Below are positions 52,240 to 60,851 of a DNA stretch of 64,000 nt, one piece after another. Within the stretch, counting starts at the first letter, position 1. The number at the start of each line of letters is the position of its first letter. The notes below the pieces were generated by a model. It did not search any database and was not told the origin of the DNA. It saw only the letters and a list, made by a program, of their open reading frames with translations. The DNA lies in IMG/VR virus record IMGVR_UViG_3300034073_005389, positions 248,001 to 312,000 of that record; one strand, written 5' to 3'. The position numbers and the translations under genes are program-made.

Positions 52240-52755
52240 CTATTTATTTTTAATTCTAGAAGTCTGGACAAACAGATCATTCATGCTCAAATAGTAATCA
52301 TTAACATCCAGCTCATAGTAACCACAATTTTTCAGCATTATGGCTGAGTTTTTCACATCTCCTGCATGAAAAAATGTTAATGCTCCTTTACATCTATTTT
52401 TAATAACTTTCCAATAATTCCTAGCGCCTTCATGGAAGGAAAGGAAAGATCTAAATCTAGAACTAGCTACTTTGTAGTATGCCCTAGTGGCATGATTAAC
52501 ATGGGCTCCAATATTTCCTAAATTATAATTATATACTAATTTACCTTTACCATTTTCAAGTGCAATTTGTGACCAAGCCATATTTACAGTATTTTTGGAC
52601 GCTGGCTTATCAAAAACTTCTAAATAAGTTTCTTTTAAAACTTCTTTTAATTTTTCTTCTTGAATAGGTGTTTGGTGTTTTTTTATCTCAAAATTAGCAG
52701 AACATTCTTCAACAGGACCAAATGTTCCAAGTATAATACACAATGATTTTATCAT
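52240..52755 (-). CDS. Glucosaminidase/lysozyme-like protein
   Basis: QIALENG..., YNYNLGNI, FRSFLSFHEG and GYY resemble the GH73 pattern. Confidence 0.45.
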   Translation of the reverse strand: MIKSLCIILGTFGPVEECSANFEIKKHQTPIQEEKLKEVLKETYLEVFDKPASKNTVNMAWSQIALENGKGKLVYNYNLGNIGAHVNHATRAYYKVASSRFRSFLSFHEGARNYWKVIKNRCKGALTFFHAGDVKNSAIMLKNCGYYELDVNDYYLSMNDLFVQTSRIKNK

Positions 52756-52817
52756 TATATTCTCCTTTTATGTTTGTTATGGTGGGAATATAATATATAA
52801 TTATGAATAGAAAATAG

Positions 52818-52890
52818 CTGAGGAAGAAGGATTCGAACCTTCAACTTACGGATTCAAAGTCCGTCATTCTGCCAATTGAATTATTCCTCA
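52818..52890 (-). tRNA. trnQ: tRNA-Gln(UUG)
   Basis: TGAGGAA/TTCCTCA stem, G73, ACGGA-CTTTGAA-TCCGT arm and GGTTCGAATCC. Confidence 0.93.
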
Positions 52891-53030
52891 ATGCACTAAT
52901 TAAATTATTAGTGCAAAAATTTTAGTGCAAAACAATCTCTTCATCTGAACTATCAGCTGAATCTTCTAAGGAGATAAGAACTTCTCCATCTGGATAAATA
53001 TATGTATACCATCCACGAGGAAATTTATCT

Positions 53031-53267
53031 TCACTCATCATCTTCTTCGTCCTCATCGCTATCAAAATCTTCTTCCTCTTCCTCTTCTTCATCATCATCT
53101 GATTCAAATTCTACTAACTCACCATCTTCATCTTGCATAAGACCAGTAAGAATAACTATTTGACCATCGTCGTCAGTTGTAAGTTCAAAACCATTTGGAA
53201 ATAGTTCTTCCAATGCTTCTTCTAAATCTTCAAGAGTCATCATATGTATCTCCTTATTATTAAGCAC
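53031..53267 (-). CDS. Highly acidic small protein
   Basis: Roughly half Asp/Glu. Confidence 0.65.
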   Translation of the reverse strand: MLNNKEIHMMTLEDLEEALEELFPNGFELTTDDDGQIVILTGLMQDEDGELVEFESDDDEEEEEEEDFDSDEDEEDDE

Positions 53268-53350
53268 TATTATAACAGTAGTTGTAAGATTTTTACTTTT
53301 TAAGTAAAAATTTTGGCGCTATGTGATTGAACGTGATCTCACACACAGCA

Positions 53351-53381
53351 ACCTGCTAACTATGGCAAATAGTTAGCAGGT
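53351..53381. repeat. 13-bp perfect inverted repeat (terminator or operator)
   Basis: ACCTGCTAACTAT-GGCAA-ATAGTTAGCAGGT; no U-tract. Confidence 0.7.
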
Positions 53382-53390
53382 GATTATCAT

Positions 53391-53729
53391 TCACTTCATA
53401 TGAACGCGAACTACTCCGCCACCGTGACCACGAACCACAGTAAACTGAGTTCCAAGAGAAGTTTGAGCCTTAATATAGCTATGAACCTGCTTGCTAATTG
53501 CTGGGAACAAAGCTGGATCTTTAGAGATTGCAGTAGATACAGTGTAAACCAGCATAGTAGTTGGGATAGCAGAAGCACTATTATCAAATACTGCGTGCAT
53601 AGCGCGCTCAATATCTGTAGCTGGAACCTCATTTCGTGAAACCCAATCAGTTAGTGCCTTAGTATAAGCGGCAACTGAAGCGTTTACGTCAACTGAACCA
53701 TCAACACCATGAACTGTGAACTTATCCAT
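53391..53729 (-). CDS. Winged-helix-like protein with RGxxGG wing (paralog 2)
   Basis: FTVVRGHGGGVV. Confidence 0.5.
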   Translation of the reverse strand: MDKFTVHGVDGSVDVNASVAAYTKALTDWVSRNEVPATDIERAMHAVFDNSASAIPTTMLVYTVSTAISKDPALFPAISKQVHSYIKAQTSLGTQFTVVRGHGGGVVRVHMK

Positions 53730-53805
53730 TTTTAATTATATCTCCAATTATTATAATACTACTCAAACAATCTAAAATAGAACTATTCTATTTTAGAAAA
53801 CTAAA

Positions 53806-54138
53806 TCAATCTTCTGATACTGATTCAGAATTTGGGGCTACTTGAACCTCTACCTTTTTAGTGGGCTTCTTACTAGCATTTGGATCAGGCTTAAGAATAC
53901 CACCATGAGCGCCACGCCTAACTAGTACACCAGGATATGACTCTAGCAAAAATCGAATTGTTGGATATAGTTGAGGACCAGTCATTCCGAATTCTGCACC
54001 TAACTCAGCGGCAAGGGCAGTTGCAGGGATTTTATCTCCTGGATTTAGAGCTTCAATTCTCTCAGATGCCTTAACAAAAATTTCACGAATCTTATTTAGA
54101 GAAGCCTCTACATGATCTACATTATGCATTTTATTCAC
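53806..54138 (-). CDS. Winged-helix-like protein with RGxxGG wing (paralog 3)
   Basis: IPATALAAELG...QLYPTIRFL...VRRGAHGGIL. Confidence 0.55.
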   Translation of the reverse strand: MNKMHNVDHVEASLNKIREIFVKASERIEALNPGDKIPATALAAELGAEFGMTGPQLYPTIRFLLESYPGVLVRRGAHGGILKPDPNASKKPTKKVEVQVAPNSESVSED

Positions 54139-54182
54139 TCCAATTTACTTTGTTACTAACTTGGTACAGGGTACCGCCTCTA

Positions 54183-54215
54183 CTTATAAAAACCTAGGTT
54201 GCCCGATGGGCAACC
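54183..54215 (-). promoter_or_regulatory. Palindromic box-N8-TATAAG, copy 2
   Basis: Identical 19-bp palindrome at 54197-54215; TATAAG at 54183-54188. Confidence 0.6.
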
Positions 54216-54241
54216 CATATAATTACTTTATCTACAATAAC

Positions 54242-54568
54242 TCAATTTCGAGTTAAACCATTTTGGCGAATCCAAAGTCGAGCAGCCTTAATTGCTCTAG
54301 TTGGTGCGTCTTTATAAGATACAATATCTTTCATTACCGCTTCTGAAATATCGTGCATAGTAGCTTCTCTATGCATGGAGATCTTTAGCGGTTCCTCCAA
54401 AAGACGACCAAGAGCAAGTTGTCGTGCTACTGCACGATTAAAACGATCTCTTGGATTTAAGACTGAAAGCTGATAAGTAGCTGTCCCACTACTACGGTTC
54501 ACTTGAATTGCAAGACAACCAACGGGATGACCATTTTCTGAACGAAGATACATAATACGACGTGACAT
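54242..54568 (-). CDS. Hypothetical protein
   Basis: 108 aa; NPRDRFNRAVARQLALGRL is a common phage motif. Confidence 0.65.
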   Translation of the reverse strand: MSRRIMYLRSENGHPVGCLAIQVNRSSGTATYQLSVLNPRDRFNRAVARQLALGRLLEEPLKISMHREATMHDISEAVMKDIVSYKDAPTRAIKAARLWIRQNGLTRN

Positions 54569-54642
54569 ATTTATTACTCCTTGTTAACTAAACTTGGTTT
54601 AATTAGGTATTGATATTAGACGATTAAGATAAGGATTAAGTT

Positions 54643-55344
54643 ATGAATAGAATAATTATTTGTGGAAAAGATTATAGCCTTGATTGCCCCACTTTAACTT
54701 GGAAAGATAAAGGCGGATTTAATGCTTATCCTTACAAAAAGTTTAATTTAAGAAACTTAAAATTAGAAGATTTAAAGAAACAATCTTCTTGTTTTGTATT
54801 GCACCATTCAGTTACTTATACTGCGGCTACTTGCCAAGCCGTTTTAGTAAGCAGGGGTTTATCCTGTACTTTTCTAATTGATGATAATGACGTAGATGGA
54901 TATGCTACATTATATCAAACTTTAGATGTAAAAGAAGGTGCTTGGTCACATGGCGAAATGAATAATTTTGGTGCCGGAGTAGAAATTTGTTATATGCCCC
55001 AAGCATGGGAAAATAAAAATTTGTACTCCGAAAGTAATAGAAAAAAATTTAATGTTCCAGAACACTTTGTAGTGGATGATACAGTTCAAGGAAGAACATT
55101 AAAAGTCTTTGCGCCTACTGAAGCTCAAATAAAAACTTTAAAATGTTTAATTAAAACAGTATGTTCTGCTCTTGATATTCCTATGATTTTTCCTAAAAAT
55201 CAGGAAGGAAATATTATTAAAAGTATTTTATCAGATCCTAAACAACATAAAGGATTACTGGGTCATTTTAATATTAGTAAACAAAAAAACGACCCAGCAG
55301 GTTTAGATTTAGATTATCTTGAAAAATTTTTAAATGAAGAATAG
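54643..55344 (+). CDS. N-acetylmuramoyl-L-alanine amidase (Amidase_2)
   Basis: FVLHHS, AWSHG, GVEIC and LLGHFNISKQKNDP. Confidence 0.85.
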   Translation: MNRIIICGKDYSLDCPTLTWKDKGGFNAYPYKKFNLRNLKLEDLKKQSSCFVLHHSVTYTAATCQAVLVSRGLSCTFLIDDNDVDGYATLYQTLDVKEGAWSHGEMNNFGAGVEICYMPQAWENKNLYSESNRKKFNVPEHFVVDDTVQGRTLKVFAPTEAQIKTLKCLIKTVCSALDIPMIFPKNQEGNIIKSILSDPKQHKGLLGHFNISKQKNDPAGLDLDYLEKFLNEE

Positions 55345-55377
55345 TTTTTTTATTTGGGGTTCGTTGCCTTACCCTCA

Positions 55378-55405
55378 CTTCTAGTGAGGCGAGATGACCG
55401 ATGGG
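55378..55405 (-). promoter_or_regulatory. Degenerate copy 3: CCCATCGG-N14-TAGAAG
   Basis: Same core and the same core-to-hexamer spacing as copies 1 and 2. Confidence 0.45.
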
Positions 55406-55424
55406 AACCCCTCCTTGAATCACG

Positions 55425-56504
55425 CTATTTATTTAAATTATAGCCTTCTCCAACTAATTTTAGTTGCATTCTAGAATTTAATTTTGGTTCAAATCTTTCT
55501 TTTGTAGTTTTAACTACAAAACCTTCTCTAATATGCTTGCCGCCTAAGGTAGTCAATCCTTCAGCATAAGGATACATCTGATCTTTGCCAAGCCATTTCC
55601 CACGATACAACTCAGGGACCATATCTAATTGTAGATCGTTAATAATCTCAACAAATTTATCATAATCTAAATATCTTCCTGTTTTACGATCCCAGATATC
55701 AAAAAATCTAATTCTTGACTGATACTTACCATTTACTGGTGTTGTATCGTACTTAAATCCTTTAACTAGTCCATATAGCTCTCCAAAGAAAACTAAATTA
55801 GGATATCTAGTTAATTTTTCTTCTAGATTATAACGGATAGCAATATCCCACCAAGAATCTCCACCATCTCTTCTTTTATAGAGATTTCTAGATTTTACCC
55901 AGAATTTTTCTCCATCAAAACAATAGGAAGAATTCGCCCCATGTATTTTTTCGTTAATTACTATTTCTTCGTCAGGAAGTAAGCAATTTGCATACTGTCT
56001 CAATCCAGATACATCATAAAATGGAATACTCCATCCTACAGGAGATTTTTCCGTTTTTCCTGGATTAAGTTTTGCTTGCTCAGTATGTTCTTCTTCATCT
56101 TCTTCCATCTTTTTAAGATTAAAGAATTCAACTACTGAATCCCCAACAGAAAAATTATATGGGGCAGGAACCAGCATTCCCTGACTATAAATATTTCTAA
56201 TTTTCTTTGCCTTGATAACTCTGTATTTATCGGGAACAGAACCTAAAGTATATTTAGTGCCAATTACTTTTACTTCTCCTGATTCTGTTTTTTGAGTAAG
56301 TTTTGGGCAAAGAAAATAAAATTGTTGAGTGTCAGGAACGATAGTATCAGTTGGAAAATAAGCCGCTACACTATTTACTTTAAATTCCCCAGTCTTAATT
56401 ATTACTGGATAATCTCCAAGTACAGTTGCTATTTCTAAATTATCAGCATTAGGATGCTTTTCTATTTTTTCAATAATTACTACCTGTGGATTCCATTCTG
56501 ACAT
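55425..56504 (-). CDS. RNA ligase (Rnl2-like, DRB0094/Rnl5 type)
   Basis: N-terminal IEKHPNADNLE OB-like domain; EKIHG, FGELYG, REGFVVK and LKLV. Confidence 0.9.
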   Translation of the reverse strand: MSEWNPQVVIIEKIEKHPNADNLEIATVLGDYPVIIKTGEFKVNSVAAYFPTDTIVPDTQQFYFLCPKLTQKTESGEVKVIGTKYTLGSVPDKYRVIKAKKIRNIYSQGMLVPAPYNFSVGDSVVEFFNLKKMEEDEEEHTEQAKLNPGKTEKSPVGWSIPFYDVSGLRQYANCLLPDEEIVINEKIHGANSSYCFDGEKFWVKSRNLYKRRDGGDSWWDIAIRYNLEEKLTRYPNLVFFGELYGLVKGFKYDTTPVNGKYQSRIRFFDIWDRKTGRYLDYDKFVEIINDLQLDMVPELYRGKWLGKDQMYPYAEGLTTLGGKHIREGFVVKTTKERFEPKLNSRMQLKLVGEGYNLNK

Positions 56505-56598
56505 AATAATCTCCTTTAAGACTTAAAACTAAATATGGTCAGAAGAATACTAATACCTAGTATTATTTGTAATTTAAAAAATATTATATCCATAATTT

Positions 56599-56859
56599 TT
56601 ACACAAACAAATCTAAACCATATTCAGTCAAGGTAATATACTCATCATATTTAGCTGTGCCACTTTTTAATTTATCTTTAAGATAAATTAAATGCTTACA
56701 AGTCTTGCTACCACGATGAATAAAAGAAGGACAATTACAAGACCACTTTACTCCCCTACCTCCTTCTTTTTTAGATTTGCCTGTCCTGCTAATTCTATAA
56801 GGAATATCTTTATTTTTATTACTAAAACTCCAAACTAAAGCTACAGTTTCTTGATCCAT
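56599..56859 (-). CDS. SWIM zinc-finger protein
   Basis: WSCNCPSF...CKH. Confidence 0.8.
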   Translation of the reverse strand: MDQETVALVWSFSNKNKDIPYRISRTGKSKKEGGRGVKWSCNCPSFIHRGSKTCKHLIYLKDKLKSGTAKYDEYITLTEYGLDLFV

Positions 56860-57806
56860 TAATTTTTAATATCCTTAAAAAATTGTAACAAATTTGTTTC
56901 GGAAAAGTTTTTACGCTCTGATGAAGTACTAGATACTGCAAAATTTTGCTCTACTGCATCCAAATACATAGTAAATGTTCCATCAGAACCCATATAAAAA
57001 GTATTCCATGCTTCAGATGTAAAATACCTTTTGGCATTTAATTGTTGCAAAGCAAGGTTATCAAAAGATAAAATAATGTTATTATATTTGAAATATTTAA
57101 CTAATTGAGTATACCACTCATATTTATTAGCTTCTACTTCTTTATTTTTTAAATAGTAATTTAAACCATTACCATATTTCTTATAGCCAAGAATTAATAC
57201 CTTGCACTCTTTATTATTTTGTTGACAAAGTTGATATAATTGATCAATGTCGTCAACATGATTAATTCCCATTATTACATGAAATACTAGATGATCAGTT
57301 AATGAAATAATAGGTTGAATATCGTTCAGATACTTCGAATCAGAATAAGAAATACCAATACCAAAAACTAAATTATCAGTAATTAATTTTTCAATTAAAG
57401 ACTGATAATTTTTAACATGTTTTTGATTAATAGTAATATTAGGAATTAATCCTTGTTTTCTAACATTTTGTAGGAAGCTAATTAGCTTAGGATGAGCTAA
57501 TGGATTACCTCCTCCAATTGCTATCTCTACACCAGCCGGTAGAACCGAAAGCTCTAATTCTAACCTCTCTAGGTCAGCATGTTTGCCTTTTAAATTAGAC
57601 TTTTCATGGCAAAATGCGCATATAGGATTATCTGATGTTGGTTCGCAATAATTAGTGATCTTTACATCTAAAGATGATGGAAAGTCTACTGTTAATAGTT
57701 CTTGAGAACTATATTCTCTTTCAAGAGAGCCATCTTCAAATAATGTAACAGTAGTATTTCCATTTTGATACTTATGAAGAATTTGGCTCATCTTTGATTT
57801 TATCAA
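56859..57806 (-). CDS. Radical SAM protein with CX8CX2C cluster motif
   Basis: ITNYCEPTSDNPICAFCHE; EIAIGGGNPLAHP; NITIN. Confidence 0.85.
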   Translation of the reverse strand: MIKSKMSQILHKYQNGNTTVTLFEDGSLEREYSSQELLTVDFPSSLDVKITNYCEPTSDNPICAFCHEKSNLKGKHADLERLELELSVLPAGVEIAIGGGNPLAHPKLISFLQNVRKQGLIPNITINQKHVKNYQSLIEKLITDNLVFGIGISYSDSKYLNDIQPIISLTDHLVFHVIMGINHVDDIDQLYQLCQQNNKECKVLILGYKKYGNGLNYYLKNKEVEANKYEWYTQLVKYFKYNNIILSFDNLALQQLNAKRYFTSEAWNTFYMGSDGTFTMYLDAVEQNFAVSSTSSERKNFSETNLLQFFKDIKN

Positions 57807-58569
57807 TAGTAAATTTAATATTTTCTATAGAATTTACTTTATAAGTGGGGATTTTATATCCAATAACAAAATCAGCATCATATAAAATACAAATGCCATG
57901 CTCTATTAAAGAGAAACTATTTAGCTCTTTGCCATCTAAATCTTTAGACTTATTAAAGTTTGGATCAAATATTCTATAGTTAGAATAACTAATATTTTGA
58001 TCAGATAACTTATAAGTCATAAGTTTAAGTGATTTTTTAATCTCTGATGTTTCAGGGTATCCTAAAAACTTTGTGACGAGATTTGTATTTTCTACTTTTA
58101 AGAAATGAGTATATTTACTTTCTGGATGATTATAAAATTCACAATCAGCATCTGAATTATCATTTCCAGTATACAGCCAGCAGCTTGGATTAAAAATCCA
58201 ATTTTTAAGAATTTCTTTAGATTGAAAGATTGTTTTTGCCTCACCATCTTCTGACCAAGAAGATTGGTGATCAATATTAGAATCTCTAAGATCCCAATAA
58301 ATATCTTTGGCTCCAGTTTGCTCTTTTAGCACTTCATTTAACATTTCCACTTCTTGTGGATGGTCTTGACAAAAGACGGCTGCATAATTTGCTTTTGTGG
58401 TAGCATCGTTATATTTTTCCCATTCCCAACCAAATAAGCCGCCAGTCAAAGTAATAATACCATTATCTGGTATAATAGAATCGTAAATGCCGCTAACATT
58501 GGACACAATGGAAACAGAATGAGTGCTAGATGAATTAGTTTCAAAAACTTTATTCCTAATATTTTTCAT
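57772..58569 (-). CDS. Uncharacterised FETNSSSTHS-family protein, radical SAM partner
   Basis: RNKVFETNSSSTHS, FGWEWE, IDHQS and LYTGNDN; overlaps the rSAM start. Confidence 0.75.
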   Translation of the reverse strand: MKNIRNKVFETNSSSTHSVSIVSNVSGIYDSIIPDNGIITLTGGLFGWEWEKYNDATTKANYAAVFCQDHPQEVEMLNEVLKEQTGAKDIYWDLRDSNIDHQSSWSEDGEAKTIFQSKEILKNWIFNPSCWLYTGNDNSDADCEFYNHPESKYTHFLKVENTNLVTKFLGYPETSEIKKSLKLMTYKLSDQNISYSNYRIFDPNFNKSKDLDGKELNSFSLIEHGICILYDADFVIGYKIPTYKVNSIENIKFTIDKIKDEPNSS

Positions 58570-58591
58570 ATGTTACCTAATAACAATTTAG

Positions 58592-58672
58592 TGGGAAGTG
58601 ATGAATTTGAACCACCGTAGTCTATGACAAAGCGTTTACAGCGCTCCCCCGTTAGCCACTTGGGTAACTTCC
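58592..58672 (-). tRNA. trnY: tRNA-Tyr(GUA)
   Basis: GGGAAGT/ACTTCCC stem, A73, AGCG-CTGTAAA-CGCT arm and long variable arm. Confidence 0.9.
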
Positions 58673-58869
58673 CGAATACAGCATATGCAAGCTGACATAT
58701 GCACTATATCTTTAAGGCATATATAGTTTGCCATTAAATCAATAATAATTCTGAGACCTAAAATTCATATACCGCTCTTGCTTTAAGAATTTAATCTCAT
58801 CTTCTAAAATTTTAATTTTTTTCTCTAGCTCTTCTATTTTAGCTAGTAAAATTTTTACATCTTCCAAAA

Positions 58870-59692
58870 CTAATTTACCATTTTTTTATCAGATACCAAA
58901 TGTTCTCCTATAGCATACCCAATATCTGTAAGTTGGTAATATACTGTACCATCTTTAATAAAAGAGCTAACCAAACCATTAGCTAGCATTTGCTCCATAG
59001 CAAGATGAAATTCAGTTAATGATAAATTTAAATCTTCAAAACAAAATGGAGATCGAGGACTCATTATATTCTCTTTCTATAATTTATTAAAAATTGTTTG
59101 TGATCGTTGCACAAAATTTGACCTGCTTTAATAAATAAAAAAGCATCTGCTTCAGACCAGCCTTTATAAATTAAAGCATCATGTATTGATTGTATTGATT
59201 CTCCAATCAATATAGCTTGAGACACTATTGATATGATCTCATCAGCACGATCAATGCTGCTCATGGTCTACAGGCGTAGCAAGTATGCTTTCCGTCATTT
59301 GCGTCAGCAACTGCAAATTGATTATAGTTATTACATTTACGGCAAATAGCTCCGCTTTTATTTAAATTAATTTTAATCTGAGAAGAATTAGAAATTGACA
59401 TTCCAATTGAATTAGGTTTACTAAGTTTTGTTGGGCAAATAATAAATCTCATTGTGTCTGAGAAATTCATCTCTAATACTGCTTGTTGATAATTTCCTGT
59501 AGAAATTAAATTTTGAATATTATTTGATACAATAGGATCTAATTTTAAAAAATCTACTTCATTACAGTAGATGGCACAAGCTTGCTGATATGCCTCTCTT
59601 TCAGAAGAATATATTGGGATAGGGGTAGATTCGTTTTTCCAAACAGAAAACCCCTCATCTTTATAACTGATCTTAATAAGATATTTATTCAT
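58870..59692 (-). other. Three small hypothetical ORFs
   Basis: Coupled ORFs; the last has a C-terminal CxxC...CxxC. Confidence 0.65.
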
Positions 59693-59848
59693 CTACTTTT
59701 CCTTTGGGGTAATACATATAACCTATGGCAGATAAATGTAAAATAATAAAAAAATAAAATAAATATTTTATATTATCATTGACAGTAAAAACTACCATGG
59801 CGCATGTAATCAAATTCATAATTAGCGCTGGTAACAAGTTTTCATATT

Positions 59849-60220
59849 TCACTTAAAAACTTCCCATGTTCCATTAGAAAATAAATAAAAATAATTCATA
59901 ACAGAATCAGGAATTTTTTGTTTCATTTCAGAAACTGAAGAATAATTTATAGTTTCATAGATATCGTCTCCTTCTCTTCTATCTCTAGGATAAGAGATTA
60001 CCCAATTAGGAGTAGGACTATGGAAAGAGTGCGGCTCACCAATTTCATGGTTAAGCTCAGAAATTGGTCCTATTTTTATTAAATCTAACACCTTATCTAA
60101 TTTTAGATAAGATTTTTCTAAAATTGATAAGTGGTGCTTAGGATATCCATCCCAATGACAATAAATGCCTTCAATAGAATTGTCTAATTTAATATAGCCA
60201 ATAAATGATCTGGTTGACAT
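59849..60220 (-). CDS. Conserved phage hypothetical protein
   Basis: MSTRSFIG...IYCHWDGYP family motif. Confidence 0.75.
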   Translation of the reverse strand: MSTRSFIGYIKLDNSIEGIYCHWDGYPKHHLSILEKSYLKLDKVLDLIKIGPISELNHEIGEPHSFHSPTPNWVISYPRDRREGDDIYETINYSSVSEMKQKIPDSVMNYFYLFSNGTWEVFK

Positions 60221-60233
60221 AACTTTCCTTTAG

Positions 60234-60305
60234 AGCAGGCGACAAGACTTGAACTTGCAACATTTCGGATGGAAACCGAAGGCTCTGCCATTGAGCTACG
60301 CCTGC
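60234..60305 (-). tRNA. trnG: tRNA-Gly(UCC)
   Basis: GCAGGCG/CGCCTGC stem, U73 and TTCGG-TTTCCAT-CCGAA arm. Confidence 0.92.
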
Positions 60306-60340
60306 AAATACTAAAAACAATATATCAAAACTATTAATAG

Positions 60341-60844
60341 TTGAATATAACTATTATGAAATATAGTGTTCAAACAAGAATAAATTTTTTACAAAAATTT
60401 GCTAATCAAAAAACATATTCAATTTATTCAGTAGAGCAATGGAAAAATATATTAAAAAGAGTAGCTGGAAATATTAACAACTCTTTTAAAGATAGCAAGA
60501 CTCCTCCAGCTACTTTCTGGGAGAGAAACTATCTTACTGGAAAAGAAACACAATATTCTAATTGCATTATTAAATATGCTATTTTTGATAAAAATGAATT
60601 TCCGGCTATAGTTTTTATGTTTCCCAACCCAGACGTTTTTCGCTCTTGCTATTATAGGGCAGGTGATGGTCCTAAAAGAATGTCTTTAGCTAAGAAGCTG
60701 TTAGAAGAAGCTTTGCTTAAAGAAAATCCACCTATACCTGTTTCAGATTTTGAATATGACTTTAGTGGACAAATAAGTGAGGCAAAAGTGCCAATAAATT
60801 ATGATATTCTTATTATCTGCCAACCTAAAGGCATTGGCAAATAA
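60341..60844 (+). CDS. Hypothetical protein
   Basis: Isolated plus-strand 167-aa ORF. Confidence 0.6.
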   Translation: MNITIMKYSVQTRINFLQKFANQKTYSIYSVEQWKNILKRVAGNINNSFKDSKTPPATFWERNYLTGKETQYSNCIIKYAIFDKNEFPAIVFMFPNPDVFRSCYYRAGDGPKRMSLAKKLLEEALLKENPPIPVSDFEYDFSGQISEAKVPINYDILIICQPKGIGK

Positions 60845-60851
60845 TTTGCTT

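Noticed and set aside
50436-54215. N4-type virion RNA polymerase hairpin promoters
   Set aside because: The 3-nt loop (GAT on the template strand) does not match the N4 purine-X-G loop as I recall it, and a -10-like hexamer follows.
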